Positions 1 through 13,369 of a stretch of 64,000 nucleotides of DNA are shown piece after piece. Source of the stretch: Macrostomum lignano (Eukaryota); contig NIVC01003041.1 of NCBI GenBank assembly GCA_002269645.1, positions 1 to 64,000 on the forward strand. Direction: 5' to 3'. The notes under the pieces are model-generated. The model ran no database searches. It was not told where the DNA came from and saw only the letters and a list, made by a program, of their open reading frames with translations. The first letter of the stretch is position 1; every line of letters starts with the position of its first letter. Position numbers and translations under genes: made by a program.

Positions 1-1865
1 CGCCTTCTCCTCGCTGTCAGGGCGCGGACCTGCGGTTAGGCGGGCGCGGATTCTGCTTGAGAGCTGAGATGGGCGGATTTTGGTTGAGAGCTGAGATGGG
101 GCGGATTTTGGTTGAGAGCTGAGATGGGGGCGGATTTTGGTTGAGAGCTGAGATGGGGCGGATTTTGGTTGAGAGCTGAGATGAGGGATGGGCGCTAGAT
201 TGGGGCGGATTTGGTTGAGAGCTGAGATGGGGGCGGATCATCCGCTAGTTGGGCGGATTATCCGCTAGTTGGGGCGGATCATCCGTAGTTGGGGGCGGAT
301 CATCGCTAGTTGGGGGCGGATCATCGCTAGTTGGGGGCGGATCATCCGCTAGTTGGGGGCGGATCATCCGCTAGTTGGGGGCGGATCATCCGCTAGTTGG
401 GGGCGGATCATCCGCTAGTTGGGGGCGGATCATCTGCTAGTTGGGGGCGGATCATCCGCTAGTTGGGGGCAGTGGCGGATCTGGCATTAGATAATGAGTT
501 CGCTGACATTAACAGCCCTTCCCCAGCTGCTCACCTCCTCCGTGGACTGGGAGAAGTTGGCGTGGCCGGTCTTGGCGGCGTGGAATTCGGCCTCGGCCGG
601 GCTGCGGAACAACTTGCCGCAGTCGTCGCACTTCAAAGATTTTGCATCGGCATCGGTGGCCTCCGCCGAGCCGGCGGTGCCTCCGCCGACTCTCCTGACG
701 CCGCCGACGAAAGCAGCTGCCGCGGTTGGCGCCGGCGCGGGCTCCGGTTCCGGATCGGGTCGTCAATATCCGGGTCATCCTGGTGGCTGGACAGCCTGCG
801 GAATTTCCGAGGAAAAAGCAGAGTTAGGCAATGTTGGCATTGCCGAGTCAGCTGGGGTAAGATCGCTACTTGGTTAGAGGCGATTCTCAGCTGAGGTCAG
901 ATGGCGGTTCTCATGGTGAGATCGGGGGGCGATTCTCATGGTGAGATCAGGGAGGATTCTCATGGTGAGATCAGGGGGCGATTCTCATGGTTAGATCAGT
1001 GGGCAATTCTCATGGTGAGATCAGGGGGCGATTCTCATGGTGAGATCAGGGGGCGATTCTCATGGTGAGATCAGGGGAGGATTCGCATGGTGAGGTCAGG
1101 GGGCGATTCTCATGGTGAGATCAGGGGAGGATTCGCATGGTGAGGTCAGTGGGCAATTCTCATGGTGAGATCAGGGGGCAATTCTCATGGTGAGATCAGG
1201 GGGCAATTCTAATGGTTAGATCAGGGGGCGATTATCATGGTGAGATCAGGGGGCGATTCTCATGGTGAGATCAGGGGAGGATTCGCATGGTGAGGTCAGG
1301 GGGCGATTCTCATGGTGAGATCAGGGGAGGATTCGCATGGTGAGGTCAGGGAGCGATTCTCATGGTGAGATCAGGGAGCGATTCTCATGGTGAGATCAGG
1401 GAGCGATTCTCATGGTGAGATCAGGGAGCGATTCTTATGGTGAGATCAGTAGGCGGTTCTCAGGTGGTATCAGGTGTCAGTATGGTCAGGGTGGATCCTC
1501 GGTTGATGTCAGAGAGTGACTTTGGTCTATCAAAATTCAAAGCCAAAATCGACAAACTAAATAAGTTATTACATTGTTACGATATTACTTGTAATATTAG
1601 TATACTCGTACTAATTAAACCAGCAAAAACATGAGTTGGAGAAACTTGAAGTAATACAATGGACTTACCAGTCCATTGCTGCTTCAATCCCTTTGTTCCC
1701 CGACTTCAACAGAGCTTTTTTTCTAAAAATAAAAGACAAAATAACGATTTCACTGGCAATGTAGCTTGTAGACATAGCAAGTGATTTATTTGGCATTTCT
1801 TACGCTCTGATTTCGGAGAAACCCATGTCTAAGAGCATGCTCAGGTTGGAGTCATTGGATGACAT
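1..1865 (-). CDS. UBXN1: UBX domain-containing protein 1 (SAKS1), 5' part: UBA domain + C2H2 zinc finger; exons 1804-1865, 1669-1722, 535-795, 1-29 (continues beyond window start); two apparent 1-nt frameshifts
   Basis: Hand-spliced at GT-AG sites with consistent phases: MSSNDSNLSMLLDMGFSEIRA|KKALLKSGNKGIEAAMDW|LSSHQDDPDIDDP...AKSLKCDDCGKLFRSPAEAEFHAAKTGHANFSQSTEE|VRALT..EEKA. The UBA motif (MGF, AAMDWL, HxDDPDID) followed by the CxxC..H..H finger and STEE is characteristic of invertebrate UBXN1. Exon 535-795 is 1 nt short of frame, and exon 1-29 needs one extra base. Confidence 0.88.
55..470. repeat. Two adjacent minisatellites (~28 bp GAGAGCTGAGATGGGGCGGATTTTGGTT; ~23 bp CTAGTTGGGGGCGGATCATCCG) in a UBXN1 intron
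   Basis: Direct tandem periodicity; both units share a GGGGCGGAT core. Confidence 0.95.
905..1445. repeat. 25-bp minisatellite (ATTCTCATGGTGAGATCAGGGGGCG), about 21 copies, UBXN1 intron 2
   Basis: Direct tandem periodicity. Confidence 0.95.
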
Positions 1866-2155
1866 GGCAGATTCGACTGTTGCATGAAGTATTGGATTTG
1901 AAAGTTCATTTGTTTAATTGACTTAATTTGAAGGTTTAAGATAAATTATAATATCTGGTCATTCAGAAGTTATTGTATTTTACAAGTAAATATTATAATT
2001 AGTTAGAAAAAATGTATGCATTATATGTACATGCAATGTGTCTAAGGCCTTCTCTATTTTGTACAATTAATAATGCTTTTTGCACAAATTGAATTTGCAC
2101 CAAATCTCTGAAAAATATTTTGTTGAAATATTTATACATGTAATTCAACAGGCCA

Positions 2156-2366
2156 GGGGTTGTAGCCTAGAGGTTAGAAAGTTGGACTCACGACTAAAAC
2201 TGAAAAGTTGGGGTTCAATTCCCAATCCCACTGGAACAATATGTGTCCATGAGCAAGACACTTAATTCTGCATTGCTTCAGTTCACCCAGCTGTAAAATG
2301 GGTGCCAGCATTAGCTAGGGTAATTGAGGGTGTGTGTGACAACCCCAAGTCCTTGGACTGAACAGC
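2156..2366 (+). mobile_element. tRNA-derived SINE with CORE-like central domain, copy 1
   Basis: A-box-like TAGCCTAGAGG, B-box-like GGGTTCAATTCCC, then TGTGTCCATGAGCAAGACACTTAATTCTGCATTGCTTCAGTTCACCCAGCTGTAAAATGGG, and a GTCCTTGGACTGAACAGC tail; homologous to 11848-12044 and 28139-28350. Confidence 0.8.
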
Positions 2367-4199
2367 TATACTTATTTGACAATGACCAATTTTTTAAAGT
2401 AAGATGTGGAAAGCCTTTTTTATTCTTTATTTTTAAGCAAAAATCTAATTTTCTGTGATTTCAAATCTGCACAAAAACTAAAAAACAAACTTTTTGTTTA
2501 AATAATCATATTTTTCTAAATATTTTTGTGATTTTTTGTTTTAAATGAACCAAGAAAATAGTATAAATAGATGCAAATTTTCAGACAAGAGAATCAACCT
2601 TGCCAACTGTGGTTACATATAATTAATAATAAACTAGGTGTAGCAGTTAACAAGAAGTGTTCCAAATGAAATTAAATCTTTGAGAATTCAATTTGACTTG
2701 GTTAATTTTCTGAGTGAAGTAGAAAGATAATAAGAATATACCATATATACTACTGAGAAGTAGAAAACCATAGTAAAAGAGACAAAGTAGATCTTGAAGC
2801 AGACATATAGAGGCCATGACCTTCTAATCTCAGAAATGCCCAGGACTAGAAAGATCAATACATGCAATCCATATACTAGTAGAATATATACTGCTCAGGT
2901 CAGATATTTATATATATAACACTACTAGAATTAATTAAGAATGCTACCAATGGAATAATAATGCTATCAGTTAAGAAATAGGAAATACTAAGAACTATTA
3001 CTTAGACTAATACTTAGATATATACTCAGACTTAGACAAATATTCAGTTACATATACTAAGAATAAAAGTCCTGCAACGACTGAAAGAGAACAACATAAC
3101 CATCGGGAAGGATAAGTGCAAGTTTTTAGTGGATTAAAATAATCTTCATGGGAATGCTACTAACTTGCAAGGATATTTAGGGTCTCAACCAATTCTAAGA
3201 AAGTAGAGAATTAGCATAGGAACAACTAGGTGGAAGCTTTTAGGACATTTACAGAGACTGAAGCAAGACCTTAGTGACACCACACTCTCAAATCTGCTAC
3301 ATGGTACGCTAGAAAAAATGACCCCCTATACCATAAATTCAAATTTACACCACAAAAAACTAATTTACTTGTGATCTATATGCCAGACATTATCAAAAAA
3401 GCATTTTGGCAATAAAGGATTTTTTTGTTGCAGCAATACAAGAATAATTTTTTCTTGGAATTGGGATCAGGATTTGGGATTAGGTCTTTTAGTATATTGA
3501 AGTTTGTAGGTCCATATAAAGTTAAACAAAATTGAGCAAAAAATGTCAATATCAAAAGTAAAACACAACAAAATTGATGCAAAGTTTGGTAATTAACAAA
3601 GTAATAACATAATGAATACTGGTAATTAACAAAGTAATAACATAATGAATACAAGTTAAAACAAAATAAATTTAAATAATTATTAATTCTATAAACTTTT
3701 GATCAAAAGAACTGTTCCCAATTCTTGTGTTTTTTAGGGTTGGGATCCTAGTCCCACAGGAACACAATTTTCCTTGGGATCCTAAGATTTTGGGATTGGG
3801 ATCCCATCCAATGGTCCAGTGTTGCCACTACTTGCGTTTTTAATGTAGCTATATTTTTTTAGCTCTGGTTCTGCGTTGTGCAATAATTTTTTCACCAGAT
3901 GTAATATCTGCGTTTTTTCTTATTATATACACCGTACCCATCCTTTTTCATGATTATAAATAAACAAGCCCAGTTGGTAGTCAAATTTTGACTCTGTTTT
4001 ATACTTGTCTTTTTAATTTTAAGTAACATTTTTGGTATCTAGCAGTCAGCAAAATGATAATTTGTTTTATTTAATGCTATTACTCTCACTTAAAGCAAAA
4101 ATTAATTAATCCTTTCCATATATTTCAGTGTCCTTATTTTGCAAATCAAACTACTGTTGCAGCCAAGTGCCAATGATAATACCAAATAGCAAAGTACCT

Positions 4200-4640
4200 A
4201 GTAAAAGCCACCAAACTCTTTTCAAGAGAGCTGGATTAAGAAATTGAATGCATAGACTTGGTTTCAAAAAGGCGAAACCCCAACAATTGCTTCATGCTCA
4301 GCCTGCAACGATGCCGAAATATCTATGGCCCAAGCAGGCATTCAAGCTCTGCATTAGCACAAGAAGGGTACTAAGCACATTGTTGCTGTTGCTGTTACCA
4401 TGAAGTTGCAGCACTCTATCAAGCATTTTTGCCAAGCCCCTGGCTGAAAAGGTTGATGTAGCTAAGCCAGCTGATCAAGTTATGGAAGCTGAGCTTTGTT
4501 GATGTCTCTATCTGTGCAAAACAAATACCACAATCAATTTGCAGGATCATTTGGCCCATCTTTTTGATTGAATGTTTCCAGACAGCCAAATTGCTAAAAG
4601 ATGACCTGCAGTTGAACAAAGCTATTGACATTGTACCTTC
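4200..4640 (+). pseudogene. Degenerate hAT-like DNA transposase N-terminal region
   Basis: Translation with stops: FQESWIKK..TWFQKGETPTIASCSACNDAEISMAQAGIQALH*HKKGTKH (zinc-finger-like CxxC..H..H), and later DHLAHLFD*MFPDSQIAK. Both motifs are typical of hAT-type transposases. A possible TIR start CAGTGTTGCCAC is at 3817; the matching right end was not found. Confidence 0.55.
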
Positions 4641-7317
4641 TTGTTCATGCCATGGATCCATTCTTCCAGAAAAGTCTGGTAGAACTGCTGAAAACGACAC
4701 CAAAACAACACTAGGCCTACTATGTCTATCATGCCTATAATGTATATGTCATTAGGCCTACTATATAAATTATTTAATAAGTCAGTTCTTTAGGTCTCTG
4801 CCTCAGCCTGAGGCTCAGGGATTAAGTTAATATAAACATTTTTGGGTAGGATGTTGGCATAGACCTTAGTCCTATACCTAAAATAAGTCATCGTAGTAGT
4901 AGTAGTAGTAGTAAGTTTGGCTCAGGCAAGAAGCCTATTTGGCCAATATATTTCAATGTAGGGGGCCTAATTTAATAAATTTCAATAAATCACACTGAAT
5001 AGTAATTCAAGAGAGAAGGATGGAGTTTTGCAATAATATGTAATGTATCTTTATATCTATTTTAAAAGTAATCATATTTTGTACTTATTTTAAATTGTGC
5101 ATTGTTTGTACTTGTATTCTATTTATATTTTACTGTACTTTTTACTGTATGTATTTATGTTTATTTTGCTGGACAGTTTAAAATAAAGCTTGTTTTAATG
5201 ACTAATAATTAACTAATGTAAATATGAGTCATCGTTTTTTGTAAGAGTTCGCCGCTCTAATTTGGCATTGGCACTCTGGTCTCGACTGACGATTCAAATA
5301 TTCAAATGGGACTATTCAAATTTATTACAAATATAGTATTTGAAAGAGCACCAAATTTTTCTACGAAACTTTAAACGATCTTTAACGACTAACAAAGCAA
5401 AAAGTAAGAAATTAAAAAACAAGTATTGTATGAAATTTATGTATAGCAATTCGATTGATCCCGTAGGTAATGAAAAATAAGTTGGCGTCACTAGGGGAGC
5501 GCATAGATGCTGGCAGGGAGACAGGATTTCAATACTAATCTCCGGCTTAAGCCAAAAAAGTTCTGCAACGTCAAAACGAAATGCAAATAGGTATTGATCA
5601 GACAATAGCAAAAATCAAATGTAAGGATTGTTGGCAATTATTAGGCATTAAAGATGAAGGATATTTTTTAAAAGCAAGTATAGGAGGAAATGACCAAAAA
5701 ATAGAGCTCTTAAGTCCGCTGATAATAGAAAATATTTGAGATGAGACTGACACTCGGAAATAACAAACATATCTGCTTCTTCTAAACCACAAAACCTTAA
5801 AGCCATTTTACAGGAGAAACAAAGATAAACAGCCTTAAAAATGGATCTCCCAATTAGAATGATTTTTATAATTAACCAAAAAATGATTCACTTTCCTATT
5901 TTCACAGTGCACTAGATTAATATTTGCAGAGTGCGAAAGTACTCGCTTGCTCTCTGTTGCTTCAAATTTTTATTAATCTATTAATAAAAAAGATTAATAA
6001 ATTAAAAAATTAATAATTTTTATTTTTATTATAACTTAAACGAGAGCAAGCTTTGTGAATGATGTAATATGAGCTGCCCACTAGAGCTACGCACAAAGCG
6101 GTTTGCACTCGTACATTTAACAATCAGCCGATCTCATGAGTAAATGTATATGTCTCATGATTTCCTCATCGTATCCAACTGAAGATGATGATCCTAATGT
6201 GAAGAGCAGTCCTTGATGTGAGACTCGGTTGGCATGCTGACTGTCTTTGTTTCAAAATGAGGCCTAAAACTCGAAGATCGTCTATCTCCTCCTGAGAAAA
6301 ATGCTGACCTTAATTATAGCTGGGCGAGGCCGGCTGGGGCGGGTCCATGAGATTTGCCCGCAGTGCATTTTGCCCTTGAGCGAATTGCCCGTCGAGTTTT
6401 TCCCGCCGAGATTTGCCCGATTTGCACATACTTTGCATGTAGTGCTATCCCAGACGGCGAACGGGCAGGAATGAGTCAATTAGAGTTAGTCTAGGGATCT
6501 TTTGAAGGCTTTAATACTTCTGCATCAGCTCTATATGGCGACAAGTTGACAAATTTCAGGCCAAAAGCGAGAAAGCACATGCACATGTATTTTCTGAGAG
6601 TTCAATGTACTTCGTACGAGTAATAGTGCATCCAGCGGAGAGACTCCTCAGCGCAGGAACCCCTGGAAAGTCTTCTCTGTCCCTGCATGGACACGACAAC
6701 ACCCTGGCCGATTTTCGTGCACAAGCCTCAAATGAATGTGTGACCGCGGGCACGGAATTGAACGAATTAGGGTCCGCCTCTCAATTACAGTAGCTATATG
6801 TACAGATACATGCGCCAGAAAGTTTTCATCCATGAAATGTTTGGCTATATGAAGTCCTGGCTTGCTAATCTGTCCAATTTAATAAATAATTGAGCATTGA
6901 TTAATCAGTCGACAAGGCGTTCTGGAGAACGGGAAGTTTGCAAAGTCACAGCGTCACTGCGAGGGAGCTCCACTCGCAGTCATCGATCAAGCGCACCGGA
7001 ATACCTTCTTCCTATTGCGGATCGCCACCATGGAGCAGATGCCACTGCAGCAGTCGGAGTCGCTCTGCGCGCACTCGGTTCCGGTGGCCTTGCAGCGGTC
7101 TCGCAGGCAGGTGGAGGCGCTGTCTTAAAATGCCAATGGTTTTACATTAAATTTTAGATTTTTCGATAAGTTTAAATAATATCGAATTCTTGTTCGATAA
7201 CACCTAATTGTCGAAGAAGTCATGAAAAATTAGGTTGTCTGTCATTTCGGACAGGACGACATCGCGACCAAATGTCTTTCCATCGAACACTACAATCCCC
7301 TTTGACAGCTCTAGACT

Positions 7318-7876
7318 GAGCTGACTGATCCTACCCGCTGCAATCTGCTCACACTGACTGATCCTACCCGCTGCAATCTGCTCACACTGACTGATCCTAC
7401 CCGCTGCAATCTGCTCACACTGACTGATCCTACCCGCTACAATCTTCTCACACTGACTGATCCTACCCGCTGCAATCTGCTCACACTGACTGATCCTACC
7501 CACTGCAATCTGCTCACACTGACTGATCCTACCCGCTGCAATCTGCTCACACTGACTGATTGTACCCGCTGAAATCTGCTCACACTGACTGATCCTACCC
7601 GCTGCAATCTGCTCACACTGACTGATCCTACCCGCTGCAATCTGCTCACACTGATCCTACCCGCTGCAATCTGCTCACACTGACTGATCCTACCCGCTGC
7701 AATCTGCTCACACTGACTGATCCTACCCGCTGCAATCTGCTCACACTGACTGATCCTACCCGCTGCAATCTGCTCACACTGACTGATCCTACCCGCTGCA
7801 ATCTGCTCACACTGACTGATCCTACCCGCTGCAATCTGCTCACACTGACTGATCCTACCCGCTGCAATCTGCTCAC
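7318..7876. repeat. 38-bp minisatellite (CTGACTGATCCTACCCGCTGCAATCTGCTCACA-type unit), about 14 copies
   Basis: Direct tandem periodicity; explains the repetitive ORFs at 7204-7952. Confidence 0.95.
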
Positions 7877-10027
7877 TCACAGAAGTTCTTAAATGATTAT
7901 GAAACTTACTGATGATGACTAATAGACAAAATAAGAAGAACAGCAGTCTCATGTTTTACCAATGAGTGCGAGCAGTGCAGGAACAAGTGATCTTTTACAA
8001 ACGACAGAAGCTAATTGATTGTAAACCACTGCAGCCACATGTGCAACCATTTCTGCATGCATTAAGCTCATAATTTTTTTGCCATAGAAATGGGAAGTTC
8101 TCGCTTCTTGTTTCAGCCAGAAGCAACATGCAGCTATAATAACAGAAGATTCATCCAAGATGAATGAAATTCTTCTGCAGAACAAAATTCGCAAAAAGCA
8201 TCAACTCTTTTAGTCGCATTGCTCTTTTTGGATGCATACAGTTAGGGGGGGGGCGCGTTTCACAATCGAAAAGGTTTCTAATTTTTAATTTTTAAAAATC
8301 AAAATAAGACGTTAATTACTTAATTTCTACTGCACAGTGTAAATAGACTATACGCTTTAAATCATTGGGACTGTAGAGCCTTCACCAATTCTGGAAGTGA
8401 CTGGTGTTGTTATTGCAACAGCGTTTTAGCAATTCAGCTGTGGAGGACCCCGGCATCAGGCGTTGCATGCGTCGCTACCGCAAATCGAGATTCCGTTGTA
8501 CCCCAAAGCGATGCGCTCATTCGGATGTTTCGAAGACGAAACGCACATCCGAGAATGATGTTTCCGGGTCTCCGCAGCCTTTTGTAGTCCTCGTTCTCTA
8601 TATCCGACCAGCCAAAACTATTCAGCTTGGCCCAGCTGAAGCAGAACGGGCAGGTTTTCAGCTCAGTCTTGATTCTTGTGGGGTTGTCGGGGGGGGGGGT
8701 CAAGGCTCATGTGGTCGCACCGAGTTGGCCGCGGCGGGGCTCAGGTGGAAAACCAAAATTGCAGCAGCAGCGAAGGCAGTAGCGACACGGAACGGCTGAG
8801 CGTGGCTGCAGTCTTGGCGAACTGAAATTTGTCATTTGGACGCAACTTCTTTTATCGCTAACTTTTGTGGCTAACTTTTATGTTATGACTGACTCGTTAC
8901 TGGCGTAAGAAATAATAACTTGTCTAATTAATAGTGCATATTTCTCGCTCACATACGGAATAAGTTTTTTTCAGCTTAAACCATGACAAACTAATCAAAC
9001 AGTAACCAACAGTAGCATGATGCGTAGCAGATCTGAAGTCTTGGCTTACCAGGTTCGGCGACTGTATAGGTCAGAAAAAGTATTTCTGAAAATGTCAATG
9101 AAGATTTGCAGGATATTAAACTTAAATTACTTCGATTTAAATACACATGTAGATGGCGCGTGGAGTTCTGCGAATTTGTAAATTTCCCCTAATTGCGAAT
9201 TGATTTTTCGAAGGCATTTTAATTTAAAGAAGATTCAAGCAAATGATTTTTTAAATAATAAATCGCAAAACTCAGACGCAATGGATTGCGCAGTACTGAA
9301 ATATAATGGCCAAACACGAGTGCGCGCACGAGTGTCTGTGGCCATTATTTCAGCCCCTTACCTACTACGCAACGGCATTGTCTATAAGACACATATATAG
9401 AGGCCATTGTAATTATACTTTTTACCCAGACGCAATAACAAAATATTTGGGCCATTATTCCACAGTTTTGATGTGTACCATAGACATTTGGATTGAAAAA
9501 ATCATCGCACAGCATTTTTGTTGATAAATACATAACAGCAAGGAGTAAATGAACAAAAAGGAAAAAAATCATTAAAACTAAAGTACCAGCTACAGGAAAA
9601 GAGTTCATTATAAATGTCACAGCTAGTGCAGGTCATCAGTTTGTAGTCGAAATTTGACAATGTGAAAATCTGTCACTCAAAGTGAAACATGCAGTACTCA
9701 AAGCCGCAGTTCCTAAAGATGCTCGACACTTTAGCCTGATGATTTGGCACTGCAAAAGGAGTTGGTCTATTTTGAATGTTTTCTATAAAAGAGAAATACA
9801 GGTGCTCAACTATAGATGCCGAACTTACCATTTGAAAGATGCACGTCTTGGTTGGCTTGCGACTGATAAGCTTCGTCTGATGGCCTTCTTTGGTAACGCA
9901 GTATCCAAGTTGGGATTCTTTGGGACTGTCGGCTGCTCGACTAAATCTATCGGCTGCTTTGAGTCATCGCTTATAGCCATCGAGGCGTTGAAGACTGCAT
10001 GGTCGCGTTTTCTTCCTAGGTAGCGCT

Positions 10028-10773
10028 GCACGGTTCGTTCAGTCGTCGACAGGAAGATTTTTTCCAATTAATTAGCGCGGCTGTTTGACGAGATGCACCA
10101 GTTAAAGTTGTTTGACAAGACAAATAGCTTTTTCTCTCACTACTCGCTTTTCTGTTTCTTACAAGACGCAAGCGAAACCAGCACTCATCACAGTGTGTCT
10201 ATGGTCAATCTAAGACACACATCTCAGTGGTCTATGGGTAAAATAACTCTTAAAACAGCCAATTGAAGCATGATAAAAAAGTGTGGAATACCAATTGAAG
10301 CATGATAAAAAAGTGTGGAATAATGACAGCGACAATAGTGTGGAATAATGGCCGCAAAAGTGTGGAATAATGACTGCGCGCTGAGTGAAATTATAAGTAC
10401 AATGCACTTGTATAGTATGCAACTGAGTTGAATACTATACAATCTACCATTATTTCAGCATAACGTAGTCTGCCGGCCATTATTTCAGCGTGCCGGAAGC
10501 GCTATTTCACACTTTTTTTATCACGCTTCAATTGGCTGTTTTGAGAGTTATTTTACCCATAGACGACTGAGATGTATGTCTTAGTTTGACCATAGACAAC
10601 ACTGTGATGAGTGCTGATTTCGTTTGCGTCTTGCAAGAACTCAGGAAAGCGGGTAGTACGAATGAAAGCTATTTATTTGTCTTGTCAAACAACTATGGCT
10701 GGTGCATCTCGTCGAACAGCCCCGCGCTTATTAATTGGAAACATCTTCTTGTCGACGACTGAACGAACCGTGC
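10028..10773. mobile_element. Foldback/MITE-like element with ~265-bp imperfect inverted arms (10028-10291 and 10503-10773)
   Basis: GCACGGTTCGTTCAGTCGTCGAC...CAGCACTCATCACAGTG...GATAAAAAAGTGTGGAATA on the left is the reverse complement of the right arm. Spacer is about 210 bp. Confidence 0.8.
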
Positions 10774-11847
10774 GACCTATATGCTTCAGTGAAGATGCGG
10801 GGTGAAGGATGAAGAGACACAGGAGATGCGGGTGAAGCATGGTAAGCATAATATGTCAACATTGTAAGTAAATTAGTGTGGCTTATACTAATGGCTATAG
10901 AAACAGAATTTTTTACAATGTCCATTAATGGATTCGGAACGCGCAATTCGCTTCTTCGAGAACTGCCACTTCAAGGATTGCACGTTTCAGTTTTAATGAG
11001 CAACTGCTGATGAACAGTCTATGACTACTGGACGTGTTGCTTTTGTGCTTAATGTGTGCGTTTTCCATTGTTTAGCAATTTGACGATCATTATTCACATT
11101 TTTAATGCAGAACAATCCATTACTACAAACAATGCATTGTCTGTAGGATCGTCAAACAGAAAAACAATGCAAAGAATCAGCGGTCGCAGCACGTGACAAC
11201 GATTTGTCTATGGCTCGCGCCTACCGGCGCTCGCCAGACAATCGTTGTCACGCGCTGGGACCGCTGATTATTTATCCATTGTTTGTTAGCTAAAATGACT
11301 ATCCTTTTTCAGCGTATTCCAGAATGTTATGTAGACTGTTTGCGATTATAAACCCCTTGTGTCAGTTAATAAATGCATAGTTAACTAATCGTCTATGGTT
11401 CAAACGCCTGCTAAAGCTGAACTAATGGCCAGTTGAGTTTGTCATTTCGCCAGCTAGGCTGTGTCTTATGGACAATGATAGATTGTGTATATGGTTTTGG
11501 AGGTAGACAATGATAAAATTTTCACGAGTGGCTATAAACATTATAGCTAGGTTTGCGTAAGGGGAGCGGTGACGTTACTGGGGGAAATGTGTGATATGCA
11601 TGTGACATGTTGCTGGGGAAATTGTGATGTCTCGACATACATATGTATGGACTAGTAGGCTTCCAAATTCTAATGCAGGACGCGCGGTTCACGAACATCG
11701 CATTGAATTAGGTTGCCCTCTAGAGGTTGGGTGTGGTGCCTCTGACAGCAGGAGAGCCGGGGTGTCGGAAGTTCCATCATCTGTCCGCCAGCGTCTAGCT
11801 AGATCTCTCGACGTGCCTTCGATGTCGTCCTGAACACAGAGAATAAC

Positions 11848-12044
11848 GTGGTCCTTGGTGGTTAGAGCGTCGGACTCTCGACTTGAAGGTCGGGGGTTCG
11901 ATTCCCGGTCCCACTTGAACGATTTGTGCCCTTGAGCAAGACGCTTAACTCTGCATTGCTTCTGTTCACCCAGATGTGTAAAATGCGTGCCAGCTGCATT
12001 AGCTGGGGTAATTGAGGGTGTGTGGCGACCCCCCCCCCCCCCAG
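11848..12044 (+). mobile_element. tRNA/CORE SINE copy 2; its 3' tail is displaced to 13370-13394 by a hAT insertion
   Basis: GGTGGTTAGAGCGTCGGACTC...GGGTTCGATTCCC head, CORE-like block and poly-C run; the tail CCCCCAGTCCTTGGACTGAACAGC reappears at 13370. Confidence 0.8.
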
Positions 12045-13369
12045 CAGGGGTGTCGGAACCGGGGGGGCCCACTTTTTAGCATTATTCTGCAAGTGCCCTT
12101 TTTTAATTTCAAGCAAGTGTCGGCCGGTTTTCGGCTTTGGCTGATATAATAGCTCGTAGTTCAGTCGTTCTCAATCCTATTCCACTACAGTTTTTATCTA
12201 ATGTGCCTAAGCCTAGCGCTTTTAGTGCAGAGGTCAGCAAACGTTTTACCTCTAGGGCCAGATTGAGAATAGCGCATGACTGCCCTTCTGGGTCCGCTTC
12301 GCTGGGCCCTCTAAGCAAAACGCGCGCCCAGGAGTCCGCGATGACTGCGGGCTATAGGGAGAGAGGATAGGGAATAGAGAAGAGAAATACGAGCGCAGGA
12401 GCGAGAAAGGAGAGGCGAAGGAATAAAGGAGAAGAGAGTAGACGAGAAGAAAGATAAAATAGGAGAGAAGGAGAGGAGAGAGAAGGGAAGGGAGAAGAGA
12501 ATGGAGAGGAAACGGGAGATGAGAGGAGAGGAAACAAGAGATGAGAGGAGAGGAGAAAGAAGAGAGGAGAGGAGAAAGAAGAGAGGAGAGGAGAGGGGAG
12601 AGGTGAGATGAGAGGAGAGGAGAGAGGTGAGGAGATGAGAGGAGAGGAGATGAGAGGAAAGGAGAGATCGGAGAGGAGAGGAGAGAGGTGAGGAGATGAG
12701 AGGAAAGTAGAGAGGAGAGGAGAGGAGAGGAGAGGAGAGGAAAGTAGAGAGGAGAGGAGAGGAGAGGAGAGGAGAGGACAGGAGAATATGAGAAGAGAGA
12801 GGTGAGGGAAGAGAGCTGAGAAGAGACACAAGCATCGAGCGGGCCGGATTGCTATTGTGAAGATTCAAAAGGACCCAAGGGCCGGATATAGAGAGGCTTT
12901 GCGGGCAGGCAACATTTGGCTCTCAGGCCGGAGTTTGCCAACCCCCGGCCTGTTTTAGTATTAAGCCTTTTTTACTTTGGCATCTCTGATCAAAATCCCG
13001 AGTCCACCGCAATCCCAAGATAAAAGAATAAAGAGACAGCGCCAAGAGGAACTGATCGAAGGAGGCAGCCAAGAGATCCAGAAAATTACTGGTCTTGCCC
13101 TGGCAATTTTCATTCATTTTGATATGAATTAAGTTGCGCAGTTGCGCAATGTTTGAATTAGTTGAAAAACATTTTTTCAAACAGTTAAAACATTTTTAGA
13201 CTTTTGGCCACACCTAACACAGAATTGAATATTGGCCTGGTTTTCACAATTAATGCCACAAAAACTGACATAACAGCAGGAGTTAGGGTGCCCTTAGATA
13301 AAAAAATAATGTGCAATGTGCCCTCCCACCATATAGCCCCCCACTTTGAAATATGTTCCGACACCGCTG
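12045..13369. mobile_element. Non-autonomous hAT-type DNA transposon inserted in the SINE
   Basis: 15-bp TIR CAGGGGTGTCGGAAC / GTTCCGACACCGCTG (1 mismatch) and exact 8-bp TSD CCCCCCAG on both sides. A possible transposase C-terminal remnant (LRNLIHIKMNEN, minus strand) lies at ~13060-13150. Confidence 0.85.
12228..12952. mobile_element. Charlie-like hAT MITE nested in the previous element, carrying a GA-rich low-complexity tract (12350-12830)
   Basis: Left end CAGAGGTCAGCAAAC, right end GTTTGCCAACCCCCGGCCTG, 8-bp TSD TTTTAGTG/TTTTAGTA (7/8). Confidence 0.65.

Noticed and set aside
2156-2235. tRNA genes at the SINE heads (also 11848, 28139, 49345, 54555)
   Set aside because: A/B boxes are present but there is no complete cloverleaf; the sequences continue into repeat bodies.
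7204-7952. Minisatellite arrays as possible CRISPR arrays (also 17285-17860, 21558-21898, 22195-22568)
   Set aside because: The repeats are contiguous with no unique spacers, there are no cas genes, and the context is intron-containing eukaryotic DNA.
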